This document shows, in pieces, positions 1 through 12,900 of a DNA stretch of 64,000 nt. Position 1 is the first letter of the stretch, and each line of letters opens with the position of its first letter. A program made the position numbers and the translations under genes. This DNA comes from Laetmonice hystrix. Lineage: Eukaryota. The notes under the pieces were generated by a model, which was not told the DNA's origin, ran no database searches, and saw only the letters and a list, made by a program, of their open reading frames with translations. The stretch spans positions 45,572,001 to 45,636,000 of the forward strand of contig OZ249436.1 in the NCBI GenBank assembly GCA_965235115.1, in the 5' to 3' direction.

Positions 1-784
1 GGCAGCTGCATGAGGAACCATTTAGGCCTGGGGACTCTGAGGCATATGACCTGACTATAGGCCTATAATTATGTTAACGCCTATATGCCTAGAGGGTTAT
101 AGCCTATCGAGTCGTTGTGTAAAGTGGTACATGAGGCTTACAAAACTCTGAGTGAATGTAGAGATAGTGTGGATTTCCTGCAACACTTTTGCAATAAAGA
201 ATCCCTTTTCAACCTGTCATTGTTGTTGCCGTTTATGTGCCCGGGGTGGCAACATTCTCACACTCGAGTCCTTTCAACAATCTTCGGCAATCTTCGTTCG
301 TTCGGGGAAAGCGGTCCCACAGATTACATATCATGCACTCACGGCCCGAATAGGAACATGCGCGCCACCTCACTCGTTAGCTTACTACATCATTCATATA
401 AAGTAGGCCTAGGCCTATCAAAGAGGGGCATCAAGCAGTGATATTCCTTTATTTAAACTTACACTGGGTGTTTGTCTTTTGATTAACCACCGGTTCGACT
501 GCGTCACGGGAACATTCGCCATATAGCTTCTCAAAAGAAATAGGTCTAGTTCGGCAAGCGGTGCCTGGTCCCCTGCGGCTTACCCAGGCTCCCGTGCAGG
601 ATCTGTGAGCGTTTATTTTAGCAAATGGGCGCGAATGGCCCACTACGTACCCCTCGGCCACACCAATCTCCCATAATGCAGACTGACTTTTTACGGGCAA
701 AATCGGACCCCTATACGCGTTCAACCCCGTTTTTGCAAAGTCGGCCGCCCTTTATATGGTAGGCCTATCTATAAAATTTAACGT

Positions 785-1009
785 CCCAGCAGGCACACCT
801 CGAGATTTCCACGTGGATAGATTCTATCTGGTGGAAATCTGGTGAAATCGGGGATCCACCAGTTTTACCTGTGTTGTCCACGTGGATAGGGCCTATAGAC
901 TCTATAGATACGTGAAAATGATTGGTGTATTTCTCGTGGAACACACGTGGATATCTACAAGTGGAAATGATTGGTGTATTTCCTCGTGGAATACACGTGG
1001 ATATCTGGG
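785..1009. repeat. Short repeat-rich element with CCCAG...CTGGG ends and reiterated CACGTGGATA
   Basis: Two ~50-bp direct copies of AAATGATTGGTGTATTTC(C)TCGTGGAA.ACACGTGGATATCT. Ends resemble animal EnSpm-type non-autonomous elements, but there is no clear TSD. Confidence 0.4.
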
Positions 1010-3530
1010 TCCCATGGAAAAAATTCACTTTGCTGTTACTTTCGTATTTGCTACATTTTAATTTGTAAAAAAAATCACAAAAGAATCAGCTATAAAATAC
1101 TACAGTTGACGATTGACTTTGAGAAAGAACCGTTGCGAGAAGTAGAAAGTTTAAAAAGAAACGTCCACCGCCAGTGTGTAGATCTACAGGCCAGGCACAC
1201 AGGCCGTGATATTCTAAGCAATTTAAAAAAGATTTGAAAGCAATTGGTGCTCAAATAGTTAAGATATAAGCACGTTGGTGCCGGAGCCTGCTTATAGAGC
1301 CTGCTCCGCTGGTGTTGGCGGCCATGGCGTCTGCTCCTTGGGCTAATGTCAAACTGCGCATGCTCGACCACTCCTCTCCAGTTTGGGGGGAACGAAAAAC
1401 TGACGCACAGATCTGTTGCGTTGAGCGATTCGGAAGGTAGCGAACGTTGACAGCTTATAGGCCTAAGCAAAATTTGTTAGAACATAGATGAAACCCATCG
1501 ATAGTGATGAGGAATGGCTAGGAATTAAGCCTATCGATGCCAGGAGATATATCGGGTGGATACGGATCTGGGCAGCCGTGGGTTTCGGCCGCCTGCATTC
1601 AATTCGTCCCGCTCGGAGGTGTGATTTTTACGGAGCTCAGCCCCGTCTGGCCCCGGCGCCCCACTCGCACGTTTAGGCCCACCCGCCTTGGCCGTCTTTA
1701 GCCTAGTCTAGCCTAGCCCCGGCACGCAATAGATGGGCACAGGGACGTCACTTCCCTTCCGACCAGCCCCACAAATGGCTGCGCCGCTGAAGCCAGTGAT
1801 TTTGACACGGTTGTCATGTTCAACATCATTCGGGAACCCTCGGCCATATCTTCGAAAGTAGCCTCGGGTGAAATAGGTGCCATTTTGAGCATTGCATCGC
1901 GGGTACATTTAGCCGGGACTCTCGACAGCATGGCAGTGCTTGCAGTATTCTGTCTGCACCAGGCATGGAAGCAACTAAAATAGGCCTACAATGCTTTCCC
2001 CGAAGTCAGTGGGCAATATTACAATAGTATCATGTCATGATACAACTTAAATTACAACATGATTACAAGTAGTCCTACCATGTGTCGGGCCAGTGTCGTA
2101 CATGGGCGCGGCCATATTGCTTCCCAGAATTTGATAAATTACCGTATTGACGCCCATTTAGGTAAATTGGGTGATTCATTTTTCTTCTTCAAACGTTCCC
2201 CTTCATACCACAAATTTATATTTGCACATACAACGCTGAAGGAGCAGGTGTCAATAATGCACTACTTCGTGGCTCGATGGGATATGACGGTTCACTCAGT
2301 GCCTCGCTACACACCTCCATTTGGCCGTGTATCTGGTTGCCAAACATGGCCGCTATTCCACCCGAGGGTATATTCGAATAGCAGGAAGTGACGTCATATG
2401 CCCGAGGGAGTCCCGAATGGTTCAACATAGGCCTATATGACTTCTTGGAATTGGGGGACATTTATTTCCAACCACTACTAGAGGCCTTGCAGCTGTCCAA
2501 ATGCGATTTTTGACTGGGCTTCCCCCTTAGGCTACTGGCAACTGGATCAAATGTATGGTAGCCAACTCGTCAGCTCTGTCACTCGGAACGACCGACGCTG
2601 CTTCTGATTGGCTGTTTCTAGGTCATATCCGGGGCGAAGAAGGCCTCGGACAGTGAAAGCACGTACGGATTTGACGGCGATTTAACGGGAATCCGCCGGA
2701 TATGCCGTGTGCGCTCTGATTCGGCCGATTAAAAATGTAGTGCAGTCGATTGACTGACTGTTTTAGGTGTGTGCATTGTAAACAAGATTTCACCGACTGT
2801 ACGTAGGCCTATTGATAATGAGCAAACATGGTCACACAATTTGATGTCACAATACGATTTTTGTAGTCCGATTTTTACCATAATGGCGGCGCTCACGCTG
2901 CACAGCCACACGACCATCGACGCACACGACGATGACAACATTGTCATAGCTATAGGCATAGCGAGACCTAGGCCTATAGTCAGGCTAGTGCACGGCGTGT
3001 GCGATAGATTACGAATTTAATGGAGACTCCTTTGGAAGAATTCCTAAGTGCTGTCGGCCTACTACAATATATGCGAGCGACAGCCTTCGTTTGCTCGTCA
3101 CTTCAGTCGACATAGGCCTACGGACAGCATGTATACACTGGCAGATGCACGCGTGGTGTCGTGTCTCGATCGAGCCTGCCGCCGCTCCTCCCGGGCACGG
3201 CGGGCCCCGACTGCCCGCGGTGCACATGGGCAAGTTGCTACCGTCTGCTTTGACGGGACCCTCGCTGGGTTTAACCCGGCGGGCTGAAGTGACGGCCTCA
3301 CATCGCGTCGGCCGGAGCTCATGTAGATCTACGGGATACGCGGTGTAGGCCCCCTATTCCCCCGAACACATGTCTGTATTTACATTTTGAAAATAGTTTG
3401 GTGACGTCAGCGAAGAAAGATGGCGCTTTCCCTGTCCGAGTCTAGTTCCCGAAAGGAAAGTAAACTGGAAATGGCTCGGTCGTTCCGATTGCAGCTGCTG
3501 CCCTCTACCGCCGCACCGGCCCAACAAACT

Positions 3531-3545
3531 GCCACCAGAGGGCGC
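3531..3545 (+). promoter_or_regulatory. CTCF consensus-like site upstream of NCBP1
   Basis: GCCACCAGAGGGCGC closely matches the CTCF core CCACYAGRKGGCRS. Confidence 0.55.
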
Positions 3546-3913
3546 AGGTCTCAAGCCAAACTTCCAGACAGGATATCTAAAGATATCTAAAGAGGCCTAT
3601 TATGTCAGTGTTGGGAGGGCGCCTTTTAGAGGTTCTCAGTGGATATGGTCATAATTAGGCCTAGTACATAATTTATTTATGCCTGGTTCAAATGTAGGTC
3701 TTGGAAATGTTTATTGACAAACTTAGCTCAGGCTCAGTGCCGTCTGACGTTAAACACTGGCAGACGGTAGATGGCGTAGCTATAGTTTTAAATTGGAAAT
3801 GCCCGCCCGTCTTGTCATGCTGAAAGGGCAGGCCACCAATCACAGCACGATTGTCCATTTAGACCGCGGCATACAAGCAAGTGTCCGCCATCGGTTGAAG
3901 AGAGGAAGACAGC

Positions 3914-6900
3914 ATGTCACGCCGGCGAACTTACAGTAGCGACGATGAGGAGGGTAAGTAGGGAATATAGTCACAACACACTCAGTCCAATCGGTCCGGA
4001 GAGTCAGGATGGTTGTATAGAACGGCCATCATTTTGTAATGTTGGTTCCGTACTGGCGGTCACCAGCGGAAGAGACCCCGCCACTCGCCACCGAATGAAG
4101 CGATCAGTGCACTGCAATCCATGTTTTTGTTTGGCCGTGCGCCCACAGCGGGCCGGGTAGCCCCCCCCCCCCCCCCGCTCACATGTCACAAGAAAACAGG
4201 CTTGAAAAACACGGGTGGATTCGTGCAGAATGCATTCTAGAATGTTAATATTTAGGCTCCAGTCTAAATACTTTAAAAATTTTGGTTCGCAATAGAGTCT
4301 GAAAATTAAGGAAAAAAAAAAAGAAAAAAAAAAGGGTTACAAGTCCTTGCAAACTTGCAAGAATTGAAGTCAATTAGAATCAACATGTCTTACATAATCC
4401 ATGCAAATCGAGCAATCACTGCCATGCCTGGGGGACTCGAGACGAATACACGACATGTCCGCCCGTCGCCATGTCCGCCCCTCGGTACTATGCCCTCCCG
4501 GACGCTGTGCCTCTGTGATAGACACTCGACTCTGCCGCCCGTGGTCCCGGGAAAAGCCGTCAACGTGACTAGGAGTAGGAGTAGGACAGTCTACTGTAGT
4601 ACTGAGTTAGAGCCATAGAGGAGTGTATCAACAACTCTAGATCAACTATTGAGTATTGTAATCGGTAAGTGCCCAACAAATGAGAGCCACCTCGTAGGTA
4701 ATGTGTCCCTTGCCGGGCGCCTCTTGAGCAGAGCGGCGTGGGCCAGACATGATGAAGGCGGACATGACCGGGGCTAGCGCCTACATCCCGGGGGGCGGAC
4801 ATGCACCCTCGAGACGTATGCACAACGGGGCATTCCCGGAACTTCTCCTTGGCAGCAGCACTGTGGTGCTGGTCCTTACTGTCGTACATTAGCACAGGTA
4901 AAAAATCCAAAGTTTAAATAGGACGACGAAATGCTAATGTGTTGCTGGATGCCGTAGTCTATTTAACAAATGTTGGTATGGCTTCCAGCCACAGCTTAGC
5001 AAGTGTCAGCCTATCTAATTCTGTGCTAAAGTTTATCCTGGTGGAGTGGGGTGATGGTGCTGCGGGCGGTCACAGCAGGATACGGCCGCCGACAGTAAAC
5101 GGCCCCTGAGAGGCGATCGGCCGTAGCACGCGGCGGAGCCGCCCGTGGGACTAAACTATCACTAACCCTAGGCCTAACCTTAACCCTACTAACACTAACC
5201 CTAGGCCTAAACTTAACCGCCTAACGTTAGGCCCTGGTTGACTACGTAAGAGAGAGTGAAAAAGAGAACGGAATAAATAGAGTTGGCAGCCATTTGTTGT
5301 TGGCGGCCGGATCCTGTATGCACCGCCGCGGAATACATTTACAGAGTTGCCCATTGATCCGAGCAATTCAAAATGCCGTCCGTGGCATTAGTAATGGCAT
5401 CAGCAACTACCACTTCCAGGGAATCCCCTTGATCGATACATCACCCTACTATCGTCCCAAATCTATGTACTCCGCTGAATTTTAATTGTTTGATCTTCTA
5501 CCTAAACTCATGAAATAAATTTCCGACTTAAATTCTTTTATGGCTGGCTATATGATCAACCCATATAGCCACAGGCACCTGACGACGACGTCTACAGATA
5601 ATGATCAAAATATACTAAATTTATAGTATCTAAAATCTCAGCTTATGGGAGTCTAGACCGTTTACCCCTGGCCTGGGCTTTGGCCTCGACCACCTCAAAT
5701 ATTTTCAGTCACCAAAATCAGGAGTTGTTAACACCCATGGACTTAATCAAGACCTGATATTTCAGATAGTTTAACCCCAGAAAAACCAAATACACAGGAC
5801 TCTGCAGCCACCCTCCCAGAGATCTCAGACTGTGGAGAAAACAGGGGAACCTGGACCAGAAATTTCAGTTAGCTTAGCTGCTAAGGGAATTTTTTGCCAT
5901 CTTTTTTCCTGTGGCAAGTAAAAAATTTGAAAAATTGGCCACCGAGAGGGGGGGGGGCAGTTCTCTGCACCACTGGATCCACCTGACCCTGTAGGACAGT
6001 ATGACTAGATTAGTGGAAAATAATTGGGTGGACAGGGTCAAATGCCACAAGTTACCCCAAACTATGACTTGGGCATAACAGAAAAAAAACTAGTAATTGA
6101 AAAGTGTGCTGCTCGTGCAATTTTTAAGTTGTCAGCAGCATGGTCAGTCTCTATTAACTGTTCCTTTCTAACTGAAAAGCTGTGAGCAGTAAGTATTGTA
6201 AATGGCTTTAAATGGAAATATTGTTATTACATTGAGCAGGTGGTCGCTCCCACAAACGTCGAAGGACGTCCGATAACCTTGACATTGAGGACCGTCTTGA
6301 GTCGCTCATCACAAGGGTCGGTGAAAAGGTACAGGAAATTTACAAGCTTTCTTCAATCTCATTTTGTGATGATATTGTTAAATACTGCAGCGCAGGCTTT
6401 GTTAATCTCTACACAGTTTATTTCCTGAAAGATATTAAAGCCTGGTTTTGATCCAATTGTTGGGCTGGTTTTCAGCTGGTAACAAGAAATTCACATGGCA
6501 CTCAGCAACTTAGAAAGTATCCAACTTTGAGTTAACATTTTGAAAGGATAATGATTTTGATTGAGTGTTGTTTGTGACTCCAGAGTACGTCGTCCCTGGA
6601 GAGTAACCTGGAGGGCTTGGCGAGCGTACTGGAGGCAGATCTACCTAACTACAAACAGAAGATCATTAGAATCCTCTGTGAATGGTAAACTTCTTTACCA
6701 AGTATGGATCTTTGAAAAAATAAACTCTAGGTCATAAAACTTTTTCAAATTTCAGAAAAGATTAATGAGCCCTGTGGAATTTAAAAAAATATTAAATTTC
6801 CTGTATTTCAAACCTTTTACTTTGCTTGACTGTGATATGGCTCTTAGAATAATGTAGAATTTTCCATGGATTGTTTACAGTGTTGTAATGATACCTGAGA

Positions 6901-9900
6901 AATTTTCCATGGATTGTTTGCAGTGTTGTAATGATACCTGAGAAATTTTCCATGGATTGTTTGCGGTGTTGTAAAGATGCCTGAGAAATTTTCCATGGAT
7001 TGTTTACAGTGTTGTAATGATACCTGAGAAATTTTCCATGGATTGTTTGCAGTGTTGTAAAGATGCCTGAGAAATTTTCCATGGATTGTTTGCAGTGTTG
7101 TAAAGATGCCTGAGAAATTTCCCATGGATTGTTTAGTGTTGTAATGATACCTGAGAAATTTTCCATGGATTGTTTGCAGTGTTGTAATGATACCTGAGAA
7201 ATTTTCCATGGATTGTTTGCAGTGTTGTAATGATACCTGAGAAATTTTCCATGGATTGTTTGCAGTGTTGTAAAGATGCCTGAGAAGCAGACGGTGTACA
7301 CAACACTGGTTGGTCTGCTCAATGCCAAAAATTACAACGCTGGTGGAGAGTTAGTTGAGATGCTGGTCAGAAATCTGAAGGAAGCTCTGAAAACAAGTGA
7401 CTTTGAGGCTGCAAGAATGATGGTTTGTTGACTATGATTAAATGTGTATAAATGAATTCTCTGAGAATGTTCTGTACATTGTCTTTTTGTATATTTTTTT
7501 AATCAGAAAATCCCATTATGTATGCATGTATGTAAACTTGTGTCTACATTGCTACATGACACAGCTGACTTCAGAATGTAAATAATTATTTTTCAGGTCA
7601 GATTTCTGTCGGATCTGGTAAATTGCCACGTCATTGTGGCAGCCTCCCTACTAGCCATGTTTGACAACTTTGTGGAGGTGACGTTGGAGGATAACATCCC
7701 CCAGGTAGGTAGAAACCACTGGGAGGGCAGGGGGAATTTATGGCTTCGCTCACAACTACCTCAGTCATGGTGTGTTACAGCACAGTGTCCTGTAGCCAGT
7801 CTGTCCAAGGCTGGGTGTAAGAAGACAGGGTCAAACTCACAAGTGACATACTGTTGGGCTCATGGCTCGTCGCTGCTGCTTGCCCAAAGGGCAAGTGAAC
7901 TTGGTAGATATTTTTCGAGCCCTGATTTAAAAATATTTATTCCAAAGTTCCTGTAACACAAATATAAAATAGCCTGATGTCAGTGACTTCTCACCAACTT
8001 GAATTTGAATATGAATTGGCACCTCAAACATATAACTTGTTTTGAAGGTACGCTCAGACTGGTATGTCTATGCAGTTCTTTCTGCTCTTCCATGGGTCGG
8101 CGTAGAACTTTATGAGAAGAAAGAGACAGAATTTAGCCGTTTGTTGCAGACCATCGAAAGTTACCTAAGGTGAGGATATTGTTCAAAGTTAAGAAGGATA
8201 AGACTTTGTAAGATGTTGTTATTCCTTATTTTTGAAATAATCTTGATGCCCTATCCAGCTATTCATTATTTTTGAAATAATCTTGATGCCCTATCCAGCT
8301 ATCCTCATACTCACTGAATCATCCTAGGTTACATGTATGAGAGCATGCTGAAAGCAGGATACTTGAATGAGGGTAAGAAAAGTATTAATAGAAGCCTTTT
8401 TGAGTTGCAAGAGGACATTTAAAGTTTGTCTTATGGTTGTCTTTCAGTAAGAGACAGAAGATCCACTTACCAGCACTACGGGCATGGTCTGTCGACACAC
8501 CCCATCCACAGGAAGAGGTTGGAATCACTTTATGAGTATCTCATCATGTCTGGAATTAAAAAAAATGGAAATTTGATACCAACACCCTTCATGACTAGAA
8601 GGGATGCATAGAACACTTACATGACTAGAAGGGATGCATAGAACACTTACATGACTAGAAGGGATGCATAGAACACTTACTAATAGAAGGAGTTGTTGCT
8701 CTCTGTTGACCACCGGTGTGTATGATAGAGTCATAGATTTGGTAGTTTCAGTCTGCTGTTTGCCAGTTATGTCTGTAAGACTGTGACGAGGTTTTTGTTG
8801 TCCTTGCAGTATCTGGACTGTCTGTGGGCCCAGGTTAAACAGCTTCAGTCAAACAAGTGGATGGAGAAACAGATTGTACGACCGTACTTGGCGTTTGACG
8901 GTGTACTCTGTGAGGCTCTGCAGCACACCTTGCCACAGATCATCCCCCCGTCACACCATGAGGAGGCACTCTACCCACTGCCATCAATCATCTTCAGAAT
9001 CTTTGACTACACTGACGTACCTGAGGTAAATCATTGCTCTACTCCTCAATACTTTGGGTTCAGGTTCTCAGGAAAAGACATCCATAGTATCCTCGGTGCA
9101 CAGAGGGTATACATGTTATCAGGGAACTCTGGAAACTGATATTGCAGTCCGCTTCGCATCGTGCAATATCAGTTACCATCATGCCATAAATTTTCATATT
9201 GCACTCAACCAAGTGCCAGATTCGTATAATAGTGTAATAGTCAATATATGGCCTCTGTTGAATACACACATTGGTTTTGTATCTGGCCTTACAACCCGTG
9301 GTAATCAAGATGATCAGAACATGTTCATTTATTCCCACCCAGGGGCCCGTGTTACCTGGAAGCCATTCTATTGAACGCTATCTAATAGAAGAACAGCTAC
9401 ACCGCATTCTACACACACATCATCTGGAGCGCAAAGACTGGTAGGAAAACAAATATATACCTCAGCAAATTATTCTCATGTTCTGAAGATCATATTTGTA
9501 TTCTGATGTTAGCAATAAAAAAAGTGTGTTTGAGTATTATGTTTTGTGAATACATGTATGAAGGCATTACTCGTACATCTGTTCAAGGTAAAGACCAGCG
9601 TCAAGTTTTCTTCCTTATTCTGACATTCAAACATATTTGAGTAATTGTTTTAATGAAAAGATTCTCTCTTTGTAGTGCTGCTGCTCTCCTTAGCTTTCCC
9701 ACAAAAAACAAAATCCCGCTGAACTATATGATTGTAGAGGTAAGTCGCAACTTTAGTCCATGTCTGTGATTTATTGTTTGCAAGGAGGCATTCGTCAGGG
9801 GTTGAAATATCCACTTATTGCCGCTAGTAGTAGTAATACAAGTATTAAACTTGTACTAATCTGTCTTTGAACAGCTGACAGTTTGTGTGGGCAGGGTTTT

Positions 9901-12900
9901 TGATCCATTGCCATGTTTGCCTTTGGTGACTGAGTTTACCTTGATATTGTTTGGGATCTACTGGCCCGCCCAGGTTGATCCTTTATAACAAGGTTTGTAT
10001 TTCTATTTTAGGTGATGTTTTCCCAGCTGTTCCAGCTGCCAAGACCACCTTACCTGGAGATATTTTACGGATCCCTCTTCATTGAGCTGTGTAAACTTCA
10101 GCCCAGTTCAATGCCTCAAGTCGTATCCTTGCAACCATTCATGATTTTTCAACCAAATAACATACCTGCCAAACATTTGAGTGATGTATTCTGCACTGTC
10201 AAAATTCCTCTCAAAATATTACGGATACATGCATTCCAAACGGACTTTAAATTTCTCACTTAAGGTAATTTTTACCATCCACAGATTGTTTGTGGGTGCT
10301 GCCATGTTTGTTTGGGGGACATGGTTACCAGTAAATCAGAGCTGTGGTATATGTACATGTCAAGGAGAGAGAGAGAAAGAGAGGAACACAGACAGACAAA
10401 TAAAAAGAAAGAAATGGGTGACCCCTCTATAAGAGAATGCCAAAACATTGCTGAACATTATTCTTCATGATTTGGGAAGATTCCAGATCGAGCAAATGTT
10501 GGCAGATAGGAAAACATGATATAAATGAAATGGAATTTCATGTCTCGGTAAATCTGCCCTGTGTAAATTTGTCCTTTTTATTTACTGATCCTTTGATATT
10601 AAGGTGTCAATACCTCTTTGATTGTGTAAAAGAAATACACAAGCACATTATCTTTTCCAAGAGAAACGAATTCTTGACCCAGATTTAGCTTGCCCAAGCC
10701 ACGGAGATGTTGTTTGACAGAATAGACAATATGAATACTGCATGTATTGAAAGGTAAACAAAGCTTATCTCAAATATTGCAACTACATCATTGTACTATA
10801 CTTTGCAGATTACAAAACAGTTTGAATATTAGATGCAGGGTCACTTTACTAGACAAGAATGCATCGATAGAATGAATTTTTTAAAAAGTTTTAAAAAAAA
10901 TTAAGAATGCATAGTTAGTGGTTGCCATCTTGGGTAAAAAAAAGTAGCATCTTTCAGTCTACAAAGTATGGTACTGAGATATGGTATATGCCTAAAGCTT
11001 TGAAATTTGTGACACAATTCTGAACTATACAAATTAATATTTGATTAGAAATGTAAGCATATCCAAGGCACCTGCAATAGCCATTGGGTTTGACTGTTTT
11101 GATATATTTGCAGATTTGCCAACTGGTTCTCATATCATTTGAGTAACTTCCAGTTCCGCTGGTCATGGGAAGACTGGTCAAGCTGTCTTGAGCTTGACCT
11201 CGAGCTTCCTAAAGCTAAGTTTGTGCGGGAAGTACTCCAGAAGTGTTTACGGTAAGAAACCACACTGTGTCAAATTCTTACTAACACATGATTTCTCAGA
11301 GCTTACAAATTGTATCCTGACAGAGCTATAGGTCCTTAGTCTTTCATTTTTTACATGATATCCCATTTCCAGCTAAACCAGATTTATTAACTACATATAT
11401 TAATGCTACATGTGACAATGTTTTTCCCAGACTTTCTTACCATCAGCGTATCGTAGACACTGTACCCGATAGCTTTGAGCCCCTGATTCCTACCAAACCA
11501 TCGCCATACTACAAATATGAGAAAGAGGATGCCTCGTCTCTGCCGGGTACGATGGTGGCGCACCAGCTGATCGCCTCCATCAAGGCCAAGTGTACGCCAG
11601 ACGAGGCTCTGCATGTTGTTAAACAAGTTGCCAACCCACTACGGGATGAAGACGGTATGTATGCCTTGGAAAAACACTCGGCAAGTTAGTATTACCACGT
11701 CATTATTATGTGTACTTCAAAATCGGTCACTTTTCATTTTGAAAGGACGCGCATTTTGTACTAGAAGTGTTTTTTATTCAGCTGTGTGTAAGAACTGTAT
11801 GACAATAGACTGTACAGGGGTGTAAATTGAAAAAAATGTATGGCCGGTTGCAAGAACATTTTGTGAAGTTAATCCCAAGAATGGCTTAACTTATTATCTA
11901 GCCTAGATTTAAGGTTGGGTATGTTTGGTAGTCCTGTTTAATGAAATTCTTTTGTGCTTGGTTAGCGAAATAAGGGCAGTCTCCAAAAATGAGAAAAGGC
12001 TAGAAAATTATGACTTCCTCGGAAATGAAAATATGCGTAAATCCACAGATTGGGTTAATCTCGAGACTAGTCCTTGCAACCGGCCAATAAAGTTTATTGT
12101 TGACAGTCTCAAAAAGGCTCTCTTTGGCCATCAGTGATCATATAATGTAAACATTGAGCAAAATGTACAAAGTAATTTGACCAATTTGAGCTTGAAATGA
12201 ATTCCCAGATGCAGGTTCCCTTTTAACGACCTGTTTTGAATCCATGTGTGTAGTCGTGAATGCTGTATAATGATAATTTCTGTGGTATTTGATCAGGAGA
12301 ACCGGCACATAATCCACTGAAGATTGATATATTCACACAAACGTTACTATTCCTCGGCTCCAAGTCATTCAGCCACTCCTTCGCTGCTCTCGCCAAGTAA
12401 GTGGCTCCTCCCATTGAATGCCAGCTTTCTTCCTTTCTTTGATGTCTTCCTGCTTCAGATGTTTCTAGTAGATCAGTTCTTTTGTCTCTGAAACATCCTT
12501 GTGTCATAGAGTATACACTAACAATCACACTGTCAAACAATATCTTTGGTGTTCAAATATAGTTAGGTTACAGGTGGATTAAATCAGTCTGAGATTTCAG
12601 GTGGGTAGGATGGATTTGGAGTTTTTCAGAGATATTTTTTCAAATCGTAATTTTTCAGATTCCACACAGTGTTGAAGGAGTTGGCGGAGACAGACGAGGG
12701 ACAGATGTGTCTGCTGAAAGCTCTGTATGAGGTGTGGCGCTCACACCAACAGGTCAGTCCTACCCCCTTCTCTACCATAAGTAGAAGTTCTCAGAGGTCA
12801 GCGGGTTATGGCAAGGATTTGGGGAACTCTCAGGAAAAACTAGTTGGAGTGGTTTTGGCAGCAATGAAACAATCAGAAACGATACATTAGGTCACAGCAA

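Noticed and set aside
6792..7328. Repetitive minus-strand ORFs of 178 and 121 aa
   Set aside because: Artefacts of the 43-bp array, antisense to NCBP1 intron 3/exon 4.
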